A stretch of DNA of 64,000 nt from an uncultured Gemmatimonadales bacterium (GTDB taxonomy: Bacteria; Gemmatimonadota; Gemmatimonadetes; Longimicrobiales; Longimicrobiaceae). The stretch spans positions 5,248,001 through 5,312,000 of the forward strand of contig OY970303.1 of the NCBI GenBank assembly GCA_963716255.1, given 5' to 3'. This document shows, one piece after another, positions 57,601-64,000 of this stretch; the stretch's first letter is position 1, and every line of letters starts with the position of its first letter. The position numbers were made by a program, and so were the translations under genes. The notes beneath the pieces are model-generated. The model saw only the letters and a list, made by a program, of their open reading frames with translations. It ran no database searches and had not been told where the DNA came from.

Positions 57601-60600
57601 GTATCCGGCGGACCGGTGCATCCACGAGCTGTTCGAGGCGCAGGCGGCGCGCACGCCGGGGGCGGTGGCCGTGCGCTTCGAAGACCAGCAGCTGACGTAC
57701 GCGGAGCTGAACGAGCGCGCGAACCGGCTGGCGCACCACCTGCGCCGCCGCGGCGTCGGCCCCGAGGTGCGTGTGGGGCTCTGCCTGGAGCGGAGCCTGG
57801 AGATGGTGGTCGCCATCCTGGCGGTGCTGAAGGCCGGGGGGGCGTACGTGCCCCTGGACCCCAGCTCCCCGGCCGAGCGGCTGGCCTTCGCCCTGGCCGA
57901 TGCCGGCGTGCCCCTGGTGCTCGTCCAGGAGTCGGTGCGCGCCACGCTCCCCGCGGTCGATGGCGTCGAGATCATCAGCCTGGCCGGCGCGGCGGAGGAG
58001 ATCGGGGCCGAGAGCGCGGAGAACCCGGAGAGCGGCGCGGGGCCGGATTCGCTGGCGTACGTCATCTACACCTCCGGCTCCACCGGCGCGCCCAAGGGAG
58101 CGCTGATCGAGCACCGCAACGTGGCGCGGCTCTTCGCGGCCACCGAGGCCGGGTTCGGCTTCGGCGAGAGCGACGTGTGGACGCTCTTCCACTCCTACGC
58201 CTTCGACTTCTCGGTCTGGGAGATCTGGGGCGCGCTCCTGTACGGCGGACGGCTGATCGTCGTCCCCTGGTCGGTGACGCGCGACCCGGCCGCCTTCCGC
58301 AAGCTCCTGGCGCGCGAGCGCGTCACCGTGCTGAGCCAGACCCCGTCGGCGTTCCGCGCGCTGGCGGAGGTGGACGAAGGCAAGGCCGAGCCGCTGCAGG
58401 CGCTGCGGACGGTCGTCTTCGGCGGCGAGGCGCTGCAGTACGAAAGCCTGCGCGGCTGGCTGGAGCGCTACGGGCCGAAGCGTCCGCGATTGGTCAACAT
58501 GTACGGCATCACCGAGACGACGGTCCACGTCACCTGGCACACCGTCACCGGGCGCGAGCTGAAGGAGGCGGGTGCGGCGAGCGGCGTCGGGAAGGCGATC
58601 CCCGACCTGCGCGCGTACGTGCTCGACCCGGCCGGGAATCCATCTCCCCTGGGCGTCGCCGGCGAGCTGTACGTGGGCGGGGCGGGACTGGGGCGCGGGT
58701 ACCTGGGCCGGCCGGGGCTGACGGCGCAGCGCTTCGTCCCCGATCCGTTCTCGGGTGAAGCCGGCGCGCGGCTGTACCGCTCCGGCGACCTGGCGCGGTG
58801 GAAGGTGGACGGCACGCTGGAGTACCTGGGGCGCACCGACGAGCAGGTCAAGGTGCGCGGCTTCCGCGTCGAGCTCGGCGAGGTGGAGGCCGTGCTGCGC
58901 GCCTGGCCCGGCATCCGGGAGGCCGTCGTGCTGGCGAGGGAGGAGGCTCCCGGGGACAGGCGCCTGGTCGCCTACGTCGTCCCGAGGGCGGACGGCATCG
59001 AAACCGCCGGCGGCGGCAAGGAGCAGGTGTCCGAGTGGGAAACAGTCTTCGACGACACCTACGCGCAGGACGAAGGGGAAGAAGACCCGACCCTGCAGCT
59101 TAAGGGGTGGAACAGCAGCTACACGGGCGAGCCGATCCCGCGCGAGGAGATGCGCACGTGGGTCGAGCACACGGCGGAGCGCATCCTGGCGCTGCGTCCG
59201 GAGCGGGTGCTGGAGGTCGGGTGCGGGACGGGGCTGCTGCTCTTCCGCGTGGCGCCGCACACGCGGGCCTACCACGGGACCGATTTCTCGGGGGTGGCGC
59301 TGGAGCACGTGCGCCGGCATGCCGCGGGGCTGCCGCAGGTCTCCCTCTCCGAGCGCGAGGCCGACCGGCTGGACGACTACGCGGGAGCGGGGTTCGACCT
59401 GGTGGTCGTCAACTCGGTCGCGCAGTACTTCCCGGACCTGGACTACGTGCTGCGCGTGCTGGAGGGCGCGGCCGCGGCGCTGCGGCCGGGTGGGCGGATC
59501 TTCGTGGGGGACGTGCGCAGCCTGCCGCTGCTGGGGGCGTTCCACGCTTCGGTGGAGCTTGCACGCGCACCGGAGGGGCTGTCGACCGGGCAGCTGCAGG
59601 CGCGGGTGCGGCGGGGGATGGCAGAGGAGCAGGAGCTGCTGCTGGATCCGGCGCTCTTCGAGGCACTCCGGGCGCGCATCCCCCGCCTCGGCCGCGCCGA
59701 AGTGCAGGTGAAGCGGGGTGAGTACGACAACGAGGTCTCACGCTTCCGCTACGATGTCGTCCTCCACCTCGACGCCGACGCCGCTACGACGCCCGTCGTG
59801 CGTGAGTGGGGTGGAGAGGACGCGGACGGCCTGCGGGCGCTGGCGGAGGGGAGCGCGCCGGCGCTGCTCGTGCGTGGCGTGCCGGACGCGCGGGTCCGCG
59901 AGCACGTCCGCGCGTACGAGCTGGTAGCGGCCGACGGTGAAGCGGCCGGCGCGGCGGCCGTGCGCGCGCTCGCGGCCGAGGACGCGGGCGGGATCGTCCC
60001 CGAGGCGCTGTTCGCGCTCGGCGAGGAGATGGGCCGTGCCGTGGAGGTGCGCCCCGGCGCGCACGGCACGCTGGACGTGCTCTTCCACCCTGCCGCCGGT
60101 GTCGCGCACTTCCCCGCGGCGGTGGATGCGGAGCGGCCGTGGGTGAGCTATGCGAACGACCCGCAGTGGGGGCGCCGCATGCGCGCGCTCGTACCCGCGC
60201 TTCGCGAAGCCGCCCGCGCCCGGCTGCCGGAGTACATGGTGCCGGGCGCCTTCGTGGTGCTGGATGCGTTCCCCGTCACCCCCAACGGCAAGGTGGACCG
60301 CGGGGCCCTGCCCGCGCCCGACACACTCGGCTCGCGCGAGGGGACGTACGTGGCCCCGCGCACGCCCGCCGAGGCGCGGATGGCGGGGATCTGGGCGGAG
60401 GTGCTGGGCGTGGAGCGGGTGGGGGCGGAGGACAACTTCTTCGACCTGGGCGGGCACTCGCTGCTCGCCACGCAGCTGGTCTCGCGGGTGCGGGAGGCGT
60501 TCCGGACCGAGCTGCCGCTGCGGGCGGTGTTCAGGGCGCCGACGCTGGCGGATCTGGTGGTGCGCGTGGAGGAGATGCGCCGCGCGGAGCTGTCGGCACT

Positions 60601-63600
60601 GCCGCCGGTGGTGCCGGTCGAACGCACGGGGGCGCTGCCGCTGTCCTTCGCGCAGGAGCGGCTCTGGTTCATCGACCGGCTGGAGCCGGGAAGCGCCGTC
60701 TACAACATCCCCGCCGCGTTGCGTCTGACGGGTGCGCTGGACGAGGCGGCGCTGGAGCGCGCGCTGGGCGAGATCGTCCGGCGGCACGAGGCGCTGCGGA
60801 CCACCTTCAAGGAGGTGGAAGGCTTGCCGGTGCAGGTGGTGGCGCCCTTCGGCGGGTTCGCCCTGCCGGTGGAGGACCTGTCGGGGCTCGGCGAGGCGGA
60901 CCGCGAGGCGGCGGTCAGGCGCCGGGCCAGGGAGGAGGCGGCGCGGCCCTTCGACCTCGCCGCGGGACCGCTCGTCCGTGCCGGGCTGCTGCGGCCGGGT
61001 TCCGAGGATCACGTGCTGCTGCTCTCGATGCACCACATCGTCAGCGACGGGTGGAGCATGGGGGTGCTCTTCCGCGAGCTGTCGGCGCTGTACGCGGTGT
61101 ACCACGAGGGTGGTGTGTCGCCGCTCACCGAGCTGGCGGTGCAGTACGCCGACTACGCGGTGTGGCAGCGCGAGCAGCTGGAGGGCGAGGTGCTGGACCG
61201 GCAGCTGGCGTACTGGCGGGAGCGCCTGGCGGGCGCCCCGGAGCTGCTGGAGCTGCCCACCGACCGTCCGCGCCCGGCGAAGCAGACGTACCGGGGGGCG
61301 CACGAGCGGATCGAGCTTCCCGGCGAGCTGGTGGAGCGGCTCCGGGCGCTGGCGCGGAGCGAGGGCGCGACGCTGTACATGGTGGGGCTGGGCGCCTTCC
61401 AGGTGCTGTTGTCGAAGTACAGCGGGAACGAGGATGTGGTCGTGGGCAGCCCGATCGCCGGGCGGACGAGGAAGGAGGTCGAGGAGCTGATCGGCTTCTT
61501 CGTCAACACGCTGGTGCTGCGCACCGACCTCGGTGGAGACCCGGGCTTCCGCGAGACCCTGCGGCGGGTGCGGGAGGCGACGCTGGGCGCGTACGAGCAC
61601 CAGGAGGTGCCCTTCGAGAAGCTGGTGGCCGAGCTGCAGCCGGAGCGCAGCCTGGGCCACTCGCCGCTGTTCCAGGTAATGTTCTCCTTCGACCACGCCT
61701 CGGGCGCGGACAGCGTCCTCCCGGGGCTGGTGATGAAGTCCGTAGGCGCGGAAAGGGAAACCGCCAAGTTCGACCTGAGCCTGGGGCTCGTGGAAGGCCC
61801 TCGCGGCGGGTGGGGGAGCCTGTCGTACAGCACGGACCTGTTCGAGCGCGGCACGATCCTGCGGATGCTGGGGCACCTGGAGCGGGTGCTGGAGCAGGTG
61901 GCGGAGGACCCGGACCGGCGCCTCTCCGACCTGGACCTCCTGCGCGCGGAGGAGCGCGCGCGGCTCCTGGAGGAGTTGAACCGGACGGAGGCGGAGTACC
62001 CCGCGGACCGCTGCATCTACCAGCTCTTCGAGGCGCAGGTGGAGCGCACGCCCGGCGCCGTGGCGGTCAGCCACGAGGAGGAAAGGCTCACCTACGCCCA
62101 GCTGAACGAGCGGGCCAACCGTCTCGCGCACTACCTCAGGGGGCGCGGAGTGGGGCCGGAGGTCCGGGTGGGGGTCTGCCTGGAGCGGAGCCTGGAGCTG
62201 GTCGTCTCCGTCTTCGCCGTCCTCAAGGCGGGCGGGGTGTACGTCCCCCTGGATCCCTCGTACCCCGCCACGCGGCTGCAGCGCATGCTCGCCGACTCGG
62301 GGGCGGAGGTGCTGCTGACGCAGACGAGGCTGCGCGCATCGCTTCCGGCCGCGCCCCGCGTGGCGACGGTGAGCGTGGACGCGGAGTGGCGGGAGATCGA
62401 GGCCGGCTCGCCCGGGAACCCGGAGAGCGGCGCGACGCCGCGCAACCTGGCGTACATGATCTACACCTCCGGCAGCACCGGGACGCCGAAGGGCGCGGGG
62501 GTCGACCACGAGGCGCTGGTGAACCACATGACCTGGTTCGTCCGCGAGCTCGGGTTCACCGCGGAGGACCGGGTGCTGGAGAAGACCTCGATCGTCTTCG
62601 ACGGCTCGCTCTGGGAGTTCTTCGCGCCCCTGATCGTGGGCGGCGAGATCGTGGTCGCGCAGCAGGACGGGGAGCGCGACCCGGCGTACCTCCTCCGCAC
62701 GGTCCGGAGCCGGGAGATCACCGCCCTGCAGGTGCTTCCCGCGCTCTTCCGGGTGCTCACCGACGAGCCGGAGTTCGCGGAGTGCACGTCGCTCCGCAAG
62801 GTGCTCTGCGGCGGAGAGGCGCTGCCTGGCGAGCTGTACCGCCGCCTCTCGCGGCTCCTCCCCGGCACCCGGCTGATCAACCTCTATGGGCCGGCCGAGT
62901 GCTGCATGAACGCCGCCATCCACGTCTGCGAGGCGGGGGACGAGCGGAGCGCGTCCGTGACCATCGGGCGCCCCGTGCCGAACACCCGCTCGTACGTGCT
63001 GGACGCGGCGATGAGGCTGCTCCCGGAGGGGATCCCCGGCGAGCTGTGCGTCGGCGGGGTGCAGGTGGCGCGCGGGTACCTGGGGCGGCCCGAGCTGACG
63101 GCGGACCGCTTCGTCCCCGATCCGTTCGGCGGGGAGGCGGGTGCGCGGCTGTACCGCACGGGAGACCGGGTGCGGTGGCGGGCGGACGGCCGGCTGGAGT
63201 ACCTGGGCCGCCTGGACCAGCAGGTGAAGATCCGCGGCGTCCGCGTGGAGCCTGGGGAGGTGGAGAGCGCGCTCCTGGCGCACTTCGCGGTGCGGGAGGC
63301 ACGGGTGGTGGTGCGCGAGGACGTGCCCGGGGAGAAGCGGCTGGTGGCGTACGTGGTGGGCGGTGTCGAAGTGGAAGAACTGCGGGAGCACCTGCGGAAA
63401 CACCTGCCGGAGTACATGGTCCCGTCCGCGTTCGTCTTCCTGGAGGCGCTGCCGCTGACGCCGAACGGAAAGCTGGATCGCAAGGCGCTGCCGGCGCCGC
63501 AGTACGCGGCCGAGGCGGACCGGTACGTGGCGCCGCGGACGCCGGCGGAGGAGGTGCTGGCGGGGATCTGGGCGGGGGTGCTGCGCCTGGAGCAGGTGGG

Positions 63601-64000
63601 GGTGACGGAGAGCTTCTTCGAGCTGGGCGGGCACTCGCTGCTGGCCACGCGGGTGGTCTCGCGCATCCGGGAGGTGTTCGGAGTGGAGGTGCCGCTTCGG
63701 GCGTTCTTCGAGGGACCCACGGTCGCGGAGCTGGCGAAGGCGGTGGAGGACGAGCGCCGCCGGGGGCTTCCGGTGCTGCCGCCGGTGGTGCCGGTGGAGC
63801 GCACGGGGGCGCTGCCGCTGTCCTTCGCGCAGGAGCGGCTCTGGTTCATCGACCGGATGGAGCCGGGGAGCGCTGTTTACAACGTCCCCATGGCACTGCG
63901 CCTGGAGGGTGCGCTGGACGAGGCGGCGCTGGAGCGGAGCCTGGGTGAGATCGTCCGGCGTCACGAGGCGCTGCGCACCACCTTCCGGGAGGTGAACGGC
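48677..64000 (+). CDS. NRPS-R2 (>5,100 aa, 3' end beyond window): C-A[MT]-T-C-A-T-E/C-A[N-MT]-T-C-A-T-C...
   Basis: ATG 48677 one base after the TGA of R1, with CAGGAG upstream; MASEKTVELPRPEFSAAKRAFIEARLRG...PLSFAQERLWF. Frame is open to the edge (shadow ORFs 48995, 51629, 56117, 59738 in one register). Codes DIFHFGLILK, DILQLGVIWK (Gly), DFWSVGMVHK (Thr), DGWQLGLMNK. Confidence 0.93.
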   Translation, partial: MASEKTVELPRPEFSAAKRAFIEARLRGQVRSSGIVPRAHRDGAPLSFAQERLWFIDRLEPGSAVYNIPVAWRLGSALDGRALERALGEVVRRHEALRTTFREMDGSPVQVIAPFGGFTLTVEDLSGLSDADRETEVRRRATEEAMRPFDLTAGPLFRAVLLRLDEESHVLLLSMHHIISDGWSLGVFFRELSSLYAAYREGRESPLPELAVQYADYAVWQREHLRGEMLGRQFSYWRERLAGAPELVELPTDHPRPAVQTFRGAIERIELPGELLERLRALGRREGATLYMVVLSAFQVLLSKYSGSEDIVVGSPVAGRTRDEVAGLIGFFVNTLVLRTDLGGDPSFQEVLGRVREVTLGAYEHQELPFEKLVAELQPERSLSHSPLFQVSFSLDDVDESGGGGAESSTEGVDADFAQAKFDLSLAFVATRQGLRGELSFSTDLFERGTVERMLGHLERVLEQVAADANVWLSRLELLGGAERALVLGTWNHTEREYSAPPAHVLFAELARRAPEATALLYGGEAVTYGALDRRAAVLARHLRELGVGPETPVGLCMERTPELLVGVFGIWKAGGAYVPLDPGYPAERLGWIIADAALPVVVATGSTAGVLPEHGATLVRVDGLPETAAEAAPEVPASDASLAYVIYTSGSTGRPKGVLVQHGSLANLLSATREAFGVGEGDVMPALASYAFDIWLFEALLPLTSGGAVRLVERERVLDAPALVEEIADATLVHAVPALMRQLVQAERETPRLSRLRHAFVGGDRVAADLLAEMRETFSGAGTHVLYGPTEGTILASTYPVPEDGIVAGHPIGRPLGNVRLYACDGFGSPQPAGVPGELLIGGAGVARGYLGRSAMTAERFVPDPFSLEGGARLYRTGDRARWRADGTLEFLGRLDGQVKIRGFRIEPGEIEAVLRRHERVAECVVVVREDEAGDRRLAAYVVPAPRKDVELWPSIGEYFVYDDLIYHGLTHDTLRNARYLRALQRHAPGKAVLDVGTGPDAILARLAVEAGARHVYAVELLEKSYLAARERVRELGLEDRITVIHGDARAVELPEPAEVCVSEIVEAIAGGEGAAVILNQARRLLAPGAVMIPGSARTRVAAVTLPEELRHAPAFSPTAAHYVKGIFEEVGYPFDLRLCIRNFPANHVLSTEGMYEELDFGAGPVHAEYTRREELVVEREGRMDGLLLWLRMELAEGEELDILEEETAWFPVYFPLFDPGIEVAVGDQVRLECWAEIPDGVAPDYGARGVLVRGRDGEEVPFEFVSYHHRPVFRASSFYRRLFTDGEVPPLGEQRETLPASLREHVRRSLPEYMVPAAFVVLERLPLTPNGKLDRKALPAPEYAAEADHCVAPRTPAEEVLAGIWAEVLRLERVGVTENFFELGGHSLLATRAVSRIREVFGVELPLRALFEGPTVAELAGRVEEMRRAGAPALPAVVPMERTGALPLSFAQERLWFIDRMEPGSAVYNLPVAWRLGGALDVAVLERALGEIVRRHEALRTVFAEVDGTPVQVIAPFGGFVVPVEDLSGLGDAALGRRVGEEALRPFDLAAGPLFRALLLRLGPEDHVLLLSMHHIVSDGWSMGVLYRELSALYAAYREAGESPLAEPAVQYADYAVWQRDQLEGEVLDRQLSYWRERLVGAPELLELPTDHPRPPVQTYRGATVPVELSLELLERLQALGRSEGATLYMVLLGAFQVLLGKYAGSEDVVVGSPIAGRTRGEVEELIGFFVNTLVLRADLSGDPSFRELLRRVREVTLGAYEHQEVPFEKLVAELQPERSLSHSPLFQVSFALQDAGGGGGALPGLKVGSVGAAMEIAKFDLSLTLAATPQGLCGGLNYSTDLFERGTALRMLGHLERVLEQAAARPEARLSELDLLGEAERPLLLEEWNDTAADYPADRCIHELFEAQAARTPGAVALRFEEESLTYRELNERANRLAHHLRGHHVGPEVRVGVLMERSEEMVVSLLAVLKAGGAYVPLDPGLPAERLAYMLDDSAVPLVLVQAALRETVPAREGVGVLAVDALAERLAAEPAENPAGGAGPDSLAYVIYTSGSTGRPKGVMNVHRGVVNLLWSMRGTVAMAPADRLLAVTTFAFDISVLELFLPLLSGARVEILDRFAASDPVLLREAVGAGVGTVLQATPATWRLLLDAGWEGAESLRALSGGEALPAELAARLRERVGALWNVYGPTETTIWSTAQPLGAGTDVGRGHVSIGAPVANTRVYVVDRYLSPEPAGVPGELYIGGAGVARGYLGRPGLSAEKFVPDPFSAEPGARLYRTGDRARWRADGTLEFLGRNDQQVKVRGFRIELGEIEAALRQHESVTDCAVVAREDETGDQRLVAYVAGGVEADELREHLRRSLPEYMVPAAFVALDALPLTSNGKVDRKALPAPEGDAYARGRYEAPLGEVEAALAEIWAEVLGLDRVGRWDHFFELGGHSLLAIKLIERMRRVGLYMEVRALFTTPVLAELALEVGRASSEVEVPANGIPEGCESITPEMLPLVELTQAEIDRIVAGVPSGAANVQDIYPLAPLQEGILFHHQMSQEGDPYLLSSVTEFDTRARVEQYLAALQAVIDRHDILRTAVAWEGLSEPVQVVVRHAPLPMEEVELDAGAGAAEQLWGRYDPRRYRMDVGRAPLLRACIAEDRARGRWLLLMLAHHLMSDHESLEVLQEEISAHLLGRESELPAPLPFRNYVAQARLGVSREEHERFFRGMLGDVEEPTAPYGLLDVWGEGRGIGEARLAVAGDLGARLRRRARALGVSAASLCHLAWAQVLARLSGRQDVVFGTVLFGRMQGGEGTDRVMGPFINTLPVRIGVGEEGVEAATRRTHALLADLLRHEHASLALAQRSSGVAAPAPLFTSLLNYRYSGGRGRSQEAGQATEGVRGIGAQARTNYPVTLSVDDLGEEFSLTAQVAAPAEAEQVCRMMHTALERLVEALELAPVRAIGSIDVLPEAERRIVVEEWNRAEAEYPADRCIHELFEAQAARTPGAVAVRFEDQQLTYAELNERANRLAHHLRRRGVGPEVRVGLCLERSLEMVVAILAVLKAGGAYVPLDPSSPAERLAFALADAGVPLVLVQESVRATLPAVDGVEIISLAGAAEEIGAESAENPESGAGPDSLAYVIYTSGSTGAPKGALIEHRNVARLFAATEAGFGFGESDVWTLFHSYAFDFSVWEIWGALLYGGRLIVVPWSVTRDPAAFRKLLARERVTVLSQTPSAFRALAEVDEGKAEPLQALRTVVFGGEALQYESLRGWLERYGPKRPRLVNMYGITETTVHVTWHTVTGRELKEAGAASGVGKAIPDLRAYVLDPAGNPSPLGVAGELYVGGAGLGRGYLGRPGLTAQRFVPDPFSGEAGARLYRSGDLARWKVDGTLEYLGRTDEQVKVRGFRVELGEVEAVLRAWPGIREAVVLAREEAPGDRRLVAYVVPRADGIETAGGGKEQVSEWETVFDDTYAQDEGEEDPTLQLKGWNSSYTGEPIPREEMRTWVEHTAERILALRPERVLEVGCGTGLLLFRVAPHTRAYHGTDFSGVALEHVRRHAAGLPQVSLSEREADRLDDYAGAGFDLVVVNSVAQYFPDLDYVLRVLEGAAAALRPGGRIFVGDVRSLPLLGAFHASVELARAPEGLSTGQLQARVRRGMAEEQELLLDPALFEALRARIPRLGRAEVQVKRGEYDNEVSRFRYDVVLHLDADAATTPVVREWGGEDADGLRALAEGSAPALLVRGVPDARVREHVRAYELVAADGEAAGAAAVRALAAEDAGGIVPEALFALGEEMGRAVEVRPGAHGTLDVLFHPAAGVAHFPAAVDAERPWVSYANDPQWGRRMRALVPALREAARARLPEYMVPGAFVVLDAFPVTPNGKVDRGALPAPDTLGSREGTYVAPRTPAEARMAGIWAEVLGVERVGAEDNFFDLGGHSLLATQLVSRVREAFRTELPLRAVFRAPTLADLVVRVEEMRRAELSALPPVVPVERTGALPLSFAQERLWFIDRLEPGSAVYNIPAALRLTGALDEAALERALGEIVRRHEALRTTFKEVEGLPVQVVAPFGGFALPVEDLSGLGEADREAAVRRRAREEAARPFDLAAGPLVRAGLLRPGSEDHVLLLSMHHIVSDGWSMGVLFRELSALYAVYHEGGVSPLTELAVQYADYAVWQREQLEGEVLDRQLAYWRERLAGAPELLELPTDRPRPAKQTYRGAHERIELPGELVERLRALARSEGATLYMVGLGAFQVLLSKYSGNEDVVVGSPIAGRTRKEVEELIGFFVNTLVLRTDLGGDPGFRETLRRVREATLGAYEHQEVPFEKLVAELQPERSLGHSPLFQVMFSFDHASGADSVLPGLVMKSVGAERETAKFDLSLGLVEGPRGGWGSLSYSTDLFERGTILRMLGHLERVLEQVAEDPDRRLSDLDLLRAEERARLLEELNRTEAEYPADRCIYQLFEAQVERTPGAVAVSHEEERLTYAQLNERANRLAHYLRGRGVGPEVRVGVCLERSLELVVSVFAVLKAGGVYVPLDPSYPATRLQRMLADSGAEVLLTQTRLRASLPAAPRVATVSVDAEWREIEAGSPGNPESGATPRNLAYMIYTSGSTGTPKGAGVDHEALVNHMTWFVRELGFTAEDRVLEKTSIVFDGSLWEFFAPLIVGGEIVVAQQDGERDPAYLLRTVRSREITALQVLPALFRVLTDEPEFAECTSLRKVLCGGEALPGELYRRLSRLLPGTRLINLYGPAECCMNAAIHVCEAGDERSASVTIGRPVPNTRSYVLDAAMRLLPEGIPGELCVGGVQVARGYLGRPELTADRFVPDPFGGEAGARLYRTGDRVRWRADGRLEYLGRLDQQVKIRGVRVEPGEVESALLAHFAVREARVVVREDVPGEKRLVAYVVGGVEVEELREHLRKHLPEYMVPSAFVFLEALPLTPNGKLDRKALPAPQYAAEADRYVAPRTPAEEVLAGIWAGVLRLEQVGVTESFFELGGHSLLATRVVSRIREVFGVEVPLRAFFEGPTVAELAKAVEDERRRGLPVLPPVVPVERTGALPLSFAQERLWFIDRMEPGSAVYNVPMALRLEGALDEAALERSLGEIVRRHEALRTTFREVNG
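51520..52560 (+). other. PRMT-like SAM-dependent methyltransferase inserted between A8 and A9 of module R5
   Basis: ELWPSIGEYFVYDD...DTLRNARYLRAL...GKAVLDVGTG...AGARHVYAVE...DRITVIHGDARAVELPE.AEVCVSEIVEAIAGGEG...LLAPGAVMIP...GRMDGLLLWL...TAWFPVYFPL. Confidence 0.8.
54567..55574. repeat. ~1 kb direct repeat, copy 2 (Gly A core, module R6)
   Basis: Near-identical to 47048-48055. Confidence 0.92.
56120..57510 (+). other. Dual epimerization/condensation (E/C) domain
   Basis: ITPEMLPLVELTQAEIDRIVAGVPSGAANVQDIYPLAPLQEGILFHHQMSQEGDPY; active site HHLMSDH; VVFGTVLFGRMQ; LFTSLLNYR; TNYPVTLSVDD. Confidence 0.88.
59010..60170 (+). other. N-methyltransferase domain in Thr module R7
   Basis: GWNSSYTGEPIP, VLEVGCGTG, VVVNSVAQYFP, FVGDVR, NEVSRFRYDV, YANDP. 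Confidence 0.9.

Noticed and set aside
39928..63964. Long - strand ORFs and off-frame + strand ORFs (e.g. 39928..44592, 54346..58758, 60139..63948)
   Set aside because: Shadows or alternative frames of R1/R2, with low-complexity Arg/Gly/Ala/Pro translations
1..64000. CRISPR arrays, tRNA/rRNA genes, thioesterase or reductase domains
   Set aside because: None seen; all repeats correspond to NRPS domain paralogy or IS ends

Overview
Very GC-rich bacterial DNA (roughly 70%+ by eye), almost entirely one giant, divergently transcribed NRPS / NRPS-PKS locus. LEFT ARM (- strand, 32434 to <1): a single open frame of >10,800 codons, absent from the ORF track because it runs off the window edge. Domain order: C(DCL-like)-A(Ile)-T-C-A(?)-T-C-A(Asn)-T-C-A(?)-T-C-A(beta-Ala)-T-C-A(Thr)-T-KS-AT-ACP-C-A(Ser)-T-E-C(DCL)-A(?)-T-C-A(Thr-type)... 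RIGHT ARM (+ strand): NRPS-R1 (~36064-48675) A[N-MT](Val-like)-T-C-A(Tyr)-T-C-A(Thr)-T-C-A(Gly-type, D235N)-T, then NRPS-R2 (48677 to >64000) C-A[PRMT-like MT](?)-T-C-A(Gly)-T-dualE/C-A[N-MT](Thr)-T-C-A(Gln-like)-T-C... The 3.6 kb between the arms holds an apparently complete IS630 element, an IS5-like (DDE_Tnp_4) remnant and weak promoter candidates. No TE/R release domain, MbtH, transporter or regulator is in the window. Main highlights: a protein-arginine-methyltransferase-like domain embedded in an A domain of unassigned specificity (with an MT-less sister domain in the other arm), several unassigned A-domain codes, a D235N Gly-type A domain next to a near-identical intact copy, an apparent NRPS/PKS gene-fusion scar, and recent domain duplication and swapping. 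Domain boundaries are approximate. Substrate calls come from hand-extracted Stachelhaus codes compared with remembered reference codes. The sequence style is reminiscent of Longimicrobium-type Gemmatimonadota NRPSs, but that is unverified.
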